Shown here piece after piece: positions 42,463 to 50,303 of a stretch of DNA of 56,265 nucleotides. Location: contig JAKALT010000006.1 of assembly GCA_021813125.1 (NCBI GenBank), positions 1 through 56,265 on the forward strand, in the 5' to 3' direction. The position numbers and the translations under genes are program-made. How positions within the stretch are numbered: position 1 is the first letter of the stretch; each line of letters starts with the position of its first letter. The notes beneath the pieces are model-generated. The model saw only the letters and a list, made by a program, of their open reading frames with translations. It ran no database searches and was not told the origin of the DNA. The DNA comes from a bacterium (GTDB lineage Bacteria > Patescibacteriota > Microgenomatia > Curtissbacterales > GWA2-41-24).

Positions 42463-44181
42463 CTACATCTTCTCAGGCGCGGATATTCCCAGAAGATATA
42501 AACCCTTTTTCAAAACATCGGCCGTCGCTTCTGTCAAAAACAATCGCCTTGACCTTGCCGGCTCTTCAGCTTTCAAGATCGGCAGGTTATTGTAAAGGGT
42601 ATTGAATTTTTGGGCCAAGTCATACAAAAAGTTGGCTATTTGGTTCGGTGCAAATGCTTCCGCAGCATCGGCAACTACTTCCTCAAAATGGCCGATAGAT
42701 CTTAATACCATCATCTCCTCGTCAGTAGCCTCCGAGAAATTTGGAGTTTGGAGTTTGGAGTTTGGAGTTTTACCAAGTACCGATTTTGCCCTCGCGTGCG
42801 TGTACTGCAAATAAGGCCCAGAATTGCCGTTCAAGCTAATCGATTCCTCAAAGGAAAAATTTACATCCTGGCCCAAATTCCCCTTTAAAAGCGCATATTT
42901 GACCGCCCCTGTGCCAATTTCCTCTGCAAGATTTTCATCTACAGACTCAAAACTTTCTTTGACCCGTTTTTTCGCTTCATCCAAAAGCCATTCGCCCAAA
43001 ATCACGTTCCCTAGCCTCGACGACATCTTGCCTCCGGGCATCCGTACCATTCCGTGGCCGATGTGCCTGGTTTTGGCGGCTAAATCCGGGAAAATCTTCC
43101 CCATAGCCGCAAAAAGCACCCTAAAGTAATCGTTGATCTCATTGCCGGTAACAATTACGGATACGTCATAAGCAAAATCTTTGTATTTTGTCGGCGCAAG
43201 GCCCAATTCCTTGGCCTCGTAAGTCGGCAAACCAAGAGAGTTGATAAAAACACGCCTGTGAAGGCCGTATTTTTCGCCCGGGAAAACAACGGCCCCATCG
43301 GACCTTTCAAAAATTCCCTTTTTGAGGTTTTCCGAAACAACTTTCGCCCCCACTTCGCCAACTTCACTTTCCAGGTAGTAATAATCAAACTTTGCACCCA
43401 GTCGCTTGTAAATTTCCTCGAAATAATCAAGGCTCCACCTCCGCCCCTCTTCGTAGAGCGGATAAATGGATGGATCCTTATCAAAAATCTTCTTGTTAAG
43501 CTCGGCTACTTCCTGCTTAACCTCAAGGCTCGCCTCAAATTCCTGCGAGCCCAAAGCATAGGCTTGACCTAGAAAAAACGCCCGCGCCTTGAGCGGCTTT
43601 TTGCGCACGTCTTCCAAACTTTCCCCTTCCTGATCTAGCATTTTTGGTATTCCCCAGATTGTTTTGGCAACGTGCATGCCGACATCACCCTGGTAATTTG
43701 CTCTTTTGAGATTATTGCCGGTCGCCTCAAGTAAGCGCGAAATAGCCTCACCGACTATGTTGGAATATAAATGTCCGATATGGAATTCTTTAAATGGGTT
43801 CGGATCCGTAAACTCAACGATGACCTTTTGTTTGGAAAGCCCAAGCGCAACTTTTTCCTTTTTGAGTACTTTTTCTACCTCATCTACCAGAAATTCCGGC
43901 TTTATAAAGAAATTCAAAAACCCGGGCCCCGCAACCTCTAGTTTTTCAATATAAGGCTGACCTTTTAAACTATCAGCCATTTTTTTAGCAAACTCCATTG
44001 GCGATTGCTTGTTTTCCTGGGTAAGTTTACCCTGAGCGAGCGAAGCGAGTCGAAGGGCCAAATTAGTTGAATAATCGCCGTTTTTAGGGTCAGTCGGCAG
44101 CATCAACTCAATTTTGTCTGCGCTTACACCAAGCTTCTTGGAAGCTTTCCGGATATCTTCCGTAATCAAATCGCGAATCAT
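42463..44181 (-). CDS. argS: arginine--tRNA ligase
   Basis: Class I HIGH motif (FHIGHLYS), GKMSSRLGN, and anticodon-binding C-terminus (YLQYTHAR...ANFLYDLAQKFNTLYN). Confidence 0.95.
   Translation of the reverse strand: MIRDLITEDIRKASKKLGVSADKIELMLPTDPKNGDYSTNLALRLASLAQGKLTQENKQSPMEFAKKMADSLKGQPYIEKLEVAGPGFLNFFIKPEFLVDEVEKVLKKEKVALGLSKQKVIVEFTDPNPFKEFHIGHLYSNIVGEAISRLLEATGNNLKRANYQGDVGMHVAKTIWGIPKMLDQEGESLEDVRKKPLKARAFFLGQAYALGSQEFEASLEVKQEVAELNKKIFDKDPSIYPLYEEGRRWSLDYFEEIYKRLGAKFDYYYLESEVGEVGAKVVSENLKKGIFERSDGAVVFPGEKYGLHRRVFINSLGLPTYEAKELGLAPTKYKDFAYDVSVIVTGNEINDYFRVLFAAMGKIFPDLAAKTRHIGHGMVRMPGGKMSSRLGNVILGEWLLDEAKKRVKESFESVDENLAEEIGTGAVKYALLKGNLGQDVNFSFEESISLNGNSGPYLQYTHARAKSVLGKTPNSKLQTPNFSEATDEEMMVLRSIGHFEEVVADAAEAFAPNQIANFLYDLAQKFNTLYNNLPILKAEEPARSRRLFLTEATADVLKKGLYLLGISAPEKM
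42738..42771. repeat. heptamer word array (TTTGGAG x4) inside the argS coding sequence
   Basis: AATTTGGAGTTTGGAGTTTGGAGTTTGGAGTTTT encodes KTPNSKLQTPNF on the minus strand. Confidence 0.9.
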
Positions 44182-44236
44182 GACCTAATTTTCAAGCCTA
44201 CACTACCAAAAAGTCAAACATCAGCAGTAATCTTAT

Positions 44237-45046
44237 TTATTGTGAAGCGTTTTGGCAAATATCCCAAGAAAAGGTTTTCATATCAGGAGACCAATGTGTC
44301 CTTGTATCATAGAAACCCTGCGGGGCAAATCCAATGTCTCGGCCTCCAAAATCCGAATAGTAATTGGAGTCGTTAATAAGCTTGAAAAAATAAAGTTTTA
44401 GATAAGAATTTCGATCACCATTTATGTCCGAGTGAAACTGAGCAACATAACCAACAATCTTGCCATCCGGAGCCCATGAAATTCCGGAAATATCCTCTGG
44501 CGAGCTGTATCCCGTAAGATCTCTCGAATGTCCTGTCTGCAAGTTTAAAACGGAAACAAATGAACCACTTCTTTTCTTGAGTGCATACGCAATCGAGTTC
44601 CCATCCGGAGACCACGCAGGTCTTGTAAGACGAAGTGCAACATCAGTATTACCAGCAAGGTTTGTTACTTGCCTCTCCTCAGTGCCATCAGTTTTGGTTA
44701 TATGTATTTCACTGTCCTTGATAAAAGCAACTTGCTCACCATTTGGTGAAAGCGACACAAACAACCTTGCAGATGAAGATTCTTCTATTCTCCCTTCTAA
44801 ACCATCGGGATTTTTTACCACAATTAGATATTGTTTGCTGTCTACAGGAACATAGCCATCTGGAGCGCTGATTGCTTCTGTAATTTGCCGACCGGCTGAA
44901 ATCTGCGGCTTACTACAAAGATCAGTATCTTTAACCTGTTTCGGCCCCTCAACGTTGCAAGCAACTACGGCTAAAGCTGGTAGTACCGTCGGTGCTACAA
45001 AAGCTACAAGTCTTACATGCCGTCTACCTGGATCTCTATCTGGCAT
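44237..45046 (-). CDS. lipoprotein with TolB-like beta-propeller repeats
   Basis: Lipobox-like LAVVAC. Repeats SPNGEQVAFI, WSPDGNSIAYA and WAPDGKIVGYV. Confidence 0.6.
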   Translation of the reverse strand: MPDRDPGRRHVRLVAFVAPTVLPALAVVACNVEGPKQVKDTDLCSKPQISAGRQITEAISAPDGYVPVDSKQYLIVVKNPDGLEGRIEESSSARLFVSLSPNGEQVAFIKDSEIHITKTDGTEERQVTNLAGNTDVALRLTRPAWSPDGNSIAYALKKRSGSFVSVLNLQTGHSRDLTGYSSPEDISGISWAPDGKIVGYVAQFHSDINGDRNSYLKLYFFKLINDSNYYSDFGGRDIGFAPQGFYDTRTHWSPDMKTFSWDICQNASQ

Positions 45047-45148
45047 AGCAGGGAGTATAAACTCCTAATCACAAAGATTCAAGCAAGTAGTAACCCAGTC
45101 AATACCCAGCTTGCAAAATCACCGAAAGGCAAATACAATACCAAACCT

Positions 45149-45490
45149 ATGGTAGAACAATTGAAACCCAGGAAAGTAAGCCGGCAGGAATTAATTGGAA
45201 AAACCTTCTTTTTTGACGGTTGCGTAGACCGACCGCCTTACCATACACAAACACCTTCTGGTCCAAGGCTCAATTTCACTCTTCTTTTGCAATCTGGAGG
45301 TAACTCGCACTACAACATTAGGATAATAGTCGAGCAGGAAAACTTTCATGAATATGTTTCAGCTAATGCAGTTCCTGGCCAAAATGTAGCGTTACTTGGA
45401 AAATTTCTAGATAAAAGTAACAGAAGCGTAGACGGGCAGTATAGAAGGCACAAACTTGTAGTATTGGCGCAAACTATCCGCTTCGGTTAG
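45149..45490 (+). CDS. possible OB-fold, SSB-like protein
   Basis: From the ATG at 45149 the layout resembles SSB OB folds (ELIGKTFF...RPPYHTQTPSGPRLNFTLLL...NIRIIVEQENFHEY...PGQNVALLGKF...YRRHKLVVLAQTIRF). The pattern is weak. Confidence 0.3.
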   Translation: MVEQLKPRKVSRQELIGKTFFFDGCVDRPPYHTQTPSGPRLNFTLLLQSGGNSHYNIRIIVEQENFHEYVSANAVPGQNVALLGKFLDKSNRSVDGQYRRHKLVVLAQTIRFG

Positions 45491-45551
45491 CAAACCCAAC
45501 ACCCCAAGAGTAATTTGCAAATGAATACTTTGATGTGTACAATTCCGCAAT

Positions 45552-46097
45552 ATGGGCGAAGTTTTACGAGGCAGTCTGGAAAATACAGAAGGCCTTGTGG
45601 GTGGCAAAAGTGCGCCCCAAGAATCAACTGCCGGCGTAATTAGGGTCAGGGTTGGCGAGGATTTCGAACCCTTTAGGGCCTTAATTGCACTGCCAAAATA
45701 CGACCCGGAACAGGGAATCGACCAAGATATGTTCAATGTCGCTATTGAACTGAACGGAATACCGGGCACCCTTACCCTATTTCCGGATGTTGAGGAAGGC
45801 AAGGAAGAGGTTAAAAACCCTACTCTTTCAGTAGAAGCAGTATTTAAAATCAGAACTCTTTACGACTTTAAAGTACTAGATGGTATAAGGTTAAGACTTG
45901 ACGCAAACAGGAATATACGGTACGTGGATACCGGCAAAGCCGAATCGGAAAGTACTGTTAAAAGTAAACTCACCCAAGGACCTATCGTAGAAATATCAGC
46001 CAGCCGACTGCGCACTCGCGAAGGCCGACAAGCCAAGAACTTTGCCCCAAGGCCTAAGAGTTTAAGGAAAATCCGGGCACGTTTTATACCCGCATAA
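45552..46097 (+). CDS. hypothetical protein with basic C-terminal tail
   Basis: 181-aa ORF, no motif recognised. Confidence 0.4.
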   Translation: MGEVLRGSLENTEGLVGGKSAPQESTAGVIRVRVGEDFEPFRALIALPKYDPEQGIDQDMFNVAIELNGIPGTLTLFPDVEEGKEEVKNPTLSVEAVFKIRTLYDFKVLDGIRLRLDANRNIRYVDTGKAESESTVKSKLTQGPIVEISASRLRTREGRQAKNFAPRPKSLRKIRARFIPA

Positions 46098-46126
46098 ATG
46101 TATATTTTGGGAAGTTTTAAGTTCTG

Positions 46127-47281
46127 TTAACTGCAGGTTTTGCCGATATAGGAGTAGACTTTCTGCGCATCCTGTGCACTTATTGCCCCATCACCATTCA
46201 TGTCATACCTTGGAACATAAGTTTTCGAAGAATAAGCGCTAAATACCAATTGTGAATCTGTAGAATTTACTGTTCCATCGTTGTTTACATCCGGTGGCCA
46301 TGCATTTGCTCCAAATGGAGTCCTGCAACTGTAATTAGGGTCTACCCCCATCACATTTTCAGCCGCATTAGTAAAGCCGTCAACATCAGAATCAGCGCTT
46401 CCTGGTTCTACCGTTATACTATCCGAAACTCCCGTTTCCGTTTGCGCGTTTGTTAACGAGGATGCAGCATAAACCTTGCCTGTATAAATACCATATTGCT
46501 GATTTTTATCCGCGTACACATATATTGGAACCGCTTGGCCAGGAGTAATAGTACCCGATGAAGGAGAAAACCTTATTCCCAAGGAACTAGTTGGCGTATA
46601 AAGCTCGAATGATGTCGCACCTGTGCTAGTTAAATCAAATACCTTCTTCCCCACTCCTCCTGCAGCCATCTTTAATCCAAAATAAGTTGTTGAAAATTTC
46701 AAACCGATATCCTGCGTAATTGTCACTTTAACCTGGCTTGCTCCCCCATTTACGTTTCCGTTGACGTCCTGGACCCTCAAACCAACAGTGTAGGTACCGG
46801 GTGGAATATTTGCAGCAGTTAAAGCCCTGCCGTAAGAGGTGGAACCAGAGGAATGGGTATTTTTGTCCCAAACTATCTGGTAATTATTACCTGGGTTAGA
46901 AGATTCGGATATGTCAAACGTAAAAGTACCGCAATTGTTATTTAGATCATCATAAGTAGGTGCAGCCGGCTGAGTATAGCTTGAATTTGCGCACCAATCG
47001 GCTTTACCCCAATTATTCCCAGCTGCCAGTTTAGGGTTCAAAAGATAATAGCGCACGTTGTCGACCTGGGCACCCTCAGCCCCAACTACACCATCTGCGG
47101 ATAGTGTGAACGAGCCGCCATTGAAACTGGATGTAGGATTAACTGTTAAATTTCCCAGCGGTGTAGGAGAAGCAGCTTTGGCCAGCCTTTCATTTCGGGT
47201 TACAAAAAAGACGATTGCAGCAGATACCGCAAGAACCAGAAGAATAATAATTATGTGGACGAATCCCTTGTTTTGGCGCAC
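46127..47281 (-). CDS. membrane-anchored Ig-like protein with C-terminal dockerin-type double repeat
   Basis: N-terminal TM helix and GTG start. DVNNDGTVNSTDSQLVFSAY and DMNGDGAISAQDAQKVYSYI, bracketed by Cys residues (YSCRT ... GKTCS). Confidence 0.7.
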   Translation of the reverse strand: MRQNKGFVHIIIILLVLAVSAAIVFFVTRNERLAKAASPTPLGNLTVNPTSSFNGGSFTLSADGVVGAEGAQVDNVRYYLLNPKLAAGNNWGKADWCANSSYTQPAAPTYDDLNNNCGTFTFDISESSNPGNNYQIVWDKNTHSSGSTSYGRALTAANIPPGTYTVGLRVQDVNGNVNGGASQVKVTITQDIGLKFSTTYFGLKMAAGGVGKKVFDLTSTGATSFELYTPTSSLGIRFSPSSGTITPGQAVPIYVYADKNQQYGIYTGKVYAASSLTNAQTETGVSDSITVEPGSADSDVDGFTNAAENVMGVDPNYSCRTPFGANAWPPDVNNDGTVNSTDSQLVFSAYSSKTYVPRYDMNGDGAISAQDAQKVYSYIGKTCS

Positions 47282-47503
47282 TAATCTATTATCTCCTGAG
47301 GGCAGGACTAAATGTCAACAGGTAAATTATTGCAAAAGATTGTAGATCTTAAGAAGATACAAGAGCCCTAGCATACAGAGCGTCAAAAGTGGGATAGAAC
47401 AAACAATTACAATTAAATCATCTAAAAGACTTTTATGGTTAAAAGGCTTGTTTAGATGCTGCTTGAGCGAAGGCCTTTTATTCACCATAGTAAAATTCTA
47501 CTA

Positions 47504-47956
47504 TTACTTGGGGCTTATTACAAAACCGCTTATTAAATACTGCTTGCGGCCCATATTGTGGACTAGCACCTCTGCTTTATATGGCAGCGTTGGATGTTCA
47601 AATTCCAATATTTTGTTGCCGTCTTCACCTTCCATTCCATGGGAAATTACAGCACTATCATCGAAAAAACCAAGAAGCCTTAAAAGACCCCTGGAAATAA
47701 TATCCCGCTGATCCTCTTCACCCGCTTTTGCCAGCCTTTTTATCCTAGCCAGATCAACTACTAAAAAGTCCCTCGACCTAATTGCGCCGCGCTGGCCATC
47801 TTCTTTGACCTCATTTACCTTAGGGAATCTGACTACCTCTTCATTAAATGGTAATCCGCAACTTTCGATAACACGTTTAACTTCGTCGTAAACCTCATCC
47901 TTATACTTGTAGCTAATTTGAGGCAAACCGGAATCCGGGCTTGATTCTTTTGGCAT
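47504..47956 (-). CDS. hypothetical cytoplasmic protein
   Basis: ATG at 47956 (MPKESSPDSG). The upstream part of the tracked ORF lies in the repeated promoter segment. Confidence 0.4.
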   Translation of the reverse strand: MPKESSPDSGLPQISYKYKDEVYDEVKRVIESCGLPFNEEVVRFPKVNEVKEDGQRGAIRSRDFLVVDLARIKRLAKAGEEDQRDIISRGLLRLLGFFDDSAVISHGMEGEDGNKILEFEHPTLPYKAEVLVHNMGRKQYLISGFVISPK

Positions 47957-47984
47957 AGGCGCGAAATATAGCAGAATCAAGGCC

Positions 47985-48090
47985 AAAAATCAAACTATCG
48001 GGTAATATATTGGCAATTAAAAAACTTGACTGATAAAGTACGCGCTACCTATAAATCCCTTTGCCGTTTGAGTCCAAATCAACCTCATTC
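47985..48090. repeat. ~106-bp intergenic repeat, copy X (about 85% identical by eye to 55656-55761)
   Basis: AAAATCAAACTATCGGGTAA...CTTGACTGATAA...TTGAGTCCAAATCAACCTCATTC is shared with copy Y. The repeat ends on the stop codon of the upstream gene in both copies. Confidence 0.9.
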
Positions 48091-48471
48091 TAAAACGAAA
48101 TGGTTGCCTAAATCGGTATGGTAAACATACTTAATGCCACCCGCATCAAGAGTGACCTTGTAGCCGGGTGTTATAACCTGTGCACACACTTGCCCTGGCT
48201 TCGAAATCCCCAAACAGCTATTCATCCACTCTGCGCTTTCAACGCTTATAACCTTAACCTCGCTTTCAGAAACACCTGCCTTTTTTGATAAGTCAGCAAT
48301 TGCAGACATGACAACCGCAGGAAGCGGCAAGGGACTGACCGCAGAAGCCGGAGTTGGCGTGCTAAGTTCCGGAAACTTCTTACTATTTTTTATTTGAAAC
48401 GCCATAAATATAACAGCAACAACAACAACCACAGCCAAAATGCAAAATATCAAATAATATAATTTTTTCAT
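48085..48471 (-). CDS. small N-terminally anchored protein of unknown function
   Basis: TM helix followed by a ~95-aa ectodomain with two Cys. The start is 12 bp after the stop of the 48484 gene. Confidence 0.5.
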   Translation of the reverse strand: MKKLYYLIFCILAVVVVVAVIFMAFQIKNSKKFPELSTPTPASAVSPLPLPAVVMSAIADLSKKAGVSESEVKVISVESAEWMNSCLGISKPGQVCAQVITPGYKVTLDAGGIKYVYHTDLGNHFVLE

Positions 48472-48483
48472 TTGAATCCAAGC

Positions 48484-50115
48484 TTAATTGCAATTTGATC
48501 CGCCCCGGGAATACAGGGACATTTCCAGCTGTGCAGTAGCTGCACCAACAATGCCTCGTGGTGCATTTGTACGCCAGAATTGAGTTTGATCCGTACTGGG
48601 TGACCTATCATAAAACATACCATCCGTAAAGTTAGGATCGTCTGTAAGTCCCATTTGATAACCATAATGTGTGTCGTATGAATAACCGGCTGCATTGGCA
48701 GGACCACCTTTTTTTGTTCCGTAGTATGCCCATACTGCCTGGGCATCCTGAACGGTAATCGCATGATCCATTTTTGGTCTTTTTGGATCTCCCACAGGTA
48801 AATTCCAGTTCGTTGCGGAAATTGGCGGCACCGGCACGTCCCAAAAATCCCATTTATTGTTCGGATCCCTTTGTCCTCCAAGTTTCCAATCAGAACCTAG
48901 CTCTTGGGCATCTGAACAACCATCACCATCGCTATCTACCAACGACGGAGTCGGCGTGGGACTTGGCACAATCGCATTTAAAGTCATCTTCATCCAATAG
49001 GTACTGTAAGGATTAAATCCAGGGCAATATCTGGACATTCGAAAGTATATTGTTTGACCATTGTTTTCGTCGTATCCCTCCCGCATATAAGGTGCATATA
49101 GGCAGGGATAAGTGTCTCCTGTCGTTACAGTTTGAGGACTGCTCCAAGGCCCCCACAAATTTGGTGACGATCTCAACTCAATTGTGTATGGGGAAACATC
49201 GTGAAGGTGCATCATAATGTACTGGCCGATATAAGCATCCCAGCGGACGCTTAACTCGCCAACCTGCGCGCCAACAACCGTAACTGCCGAACTTTCGGCA
49301 TTCACCGCCCATATCGGATTGTTGCTGGCATCATAACCTGTCAAGTACTCATAAGCTGCTTTGTTCTCAATAGATCCCTCCAAAACCCTCATCAACTTCA
49401 CTTCACCCGTTCTGCCGCATGGAATCCCAAAAAAGTAAACATATCCGCCGCTTTTATAAATTGCTACCTGATTAAAATTACCTGGACTACCCCATGTAAG
49501 ACCAGTTAACCTTGTCCAGTTTTGTCCTCCATCTGTAGATTTAACCGCAGAGGAATAACTACATTTCCAAGGTGTTGTCGACCAGTCCGTTACGTCCATA
49601 TAGTAAAGATATGCAGCACCTATACTGGTAATAGACACCCCACCAGTCGGAATTGCGGTTATTGCACCGGCATCTCTGGGAAATAATTGTTTTGCTTTTC
49701 CGTCCGCACCGGTTATCCAGTTATCAAAAGTCATGCCGTCAGTTGGGTTTGTATCCGAACTGACAGCCAAAGTATTGCTTCGCCAGTTTGGTGGAGTAGA
49801 ACTCAATGGACATCCGAACGTATCTCCGAAAACACTGTAGATTTTCCCATTCCAGTCAAACAAGCTCCCCAAATCAGCACCGCAAACGTCCACATTTTGG
49901 GTAGAATTATTGCCATCAGGCCCAATTTCCTTGGCTATCGGCAGCACGCTACCAATCGTAAAATTTAAAGGCCCAGAAGCTCCATGGACTTTGTAATTCT
50001 TTGAATTCAAAGTCCATATAATGGCAAAACACGCAAGAGCTATTAAAATTAATATATAAAAAACGTCAAGAAGTGCTAAATTCCTATTCCGAATTCTAAG
50101 CTTCCGTCTTTTCAT
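48484..50115 (-). CDS. anchored DUF4185-like beta-propeller (putative glycoside hydrolase) with novel C-terminal module
   Basis: Leader KRRKLRIRNRNLALLDVFYILILIALACFAIIWTLNSKNYKVH. GADLGSLFDWNGKIYSVFGDTFG resembles the DUF4185 N-terminal motif. The C-terminal 150 aa (48484-48936) are shared with two other genes. Confidence 0.65.
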   Translation of the reverse strand: MKRRKLRIRNRNLALLDVFYILILIALACFAIIWTLNSKNYKVHGASGPLNFTIGSVLPIAKEIGPDGNNSTQNVDVCGADLGSLFDWNGKIYSVFGDTFGCPLSSTPPNWRSNTLAVSSDTNPTDGMTFDNWITGADGKAKQLFPRDAGAITAIPTGGVSITSIGAAYLYYMDVTDWSTTPWKCSYSSAVKSTDGGQNWTRLTGLTWGSPGNFNQVAIYKSGGYVYFFGIPCGRTGEVKLMRVLEGSIENKAAYEYLTGYDASNNPIWAVNAESSAVTVVGAQVGELSVRWDAYIGQYIMMHLHDVSPYTIELRSSPNLWGPWSSPQTVTTGDTYPCLYAPYMREGYDENNGQTIYFRMSRYCPGFNPYSTYWMKMTLNAIVPSPTPTPSLVDSDGDGCSDAQELGSDWKLGGQRDPNNKWDFWDVPVPPISATNWNLPVGDPKRPKMDHAITVQDAQAVWAYYGTKKGGPANAAGYSYDTHYGYQMGLTDDPNFTDGMFYDRSPSTDQTQFWRTNAPRGIVGAATAQLEMSLYSRGGSNCN

Positions 50116-50127
50116 CAAACTAAATCA

Positions 50128-50157
50128 AGTATCGAATATTCGATCTAATTCTGTCAA
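50128..50157 (-). promoter_or_regulatory. promoter candidate TTGACA-N18-GATACT (repeated cassette promoter)
   Basis: On the minus strand, TTGACA (50157-50152) and GATACT (50133-50128). The ATG lies 12 nt after the -10. The same arrangement occurs at 55626-55655. Confidence 0.5.
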
Positions 50158-50303
50158 GAAAATCAAACTATCGGTTAAAATTTTGGCAGATACAAATGTC
50201 AAGCGATAATATCTTTACAGAGGAGGTCGTTAGCCAATGCCTCATATTCATAAATCATGAATCGCTTAGGGTCTACTGTCTACAATTTGCGGCCTACGGT
50301 CAG

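Noticed and set aside
47448-47503. Stem AAAAGGC ... GCCTTTT at ~47434-47485 as a terminator for the 47504 gene
   Set aside because: The stem is only 7 bp with a ~25-nt loop and a weak U-tract. That is not enough to call.
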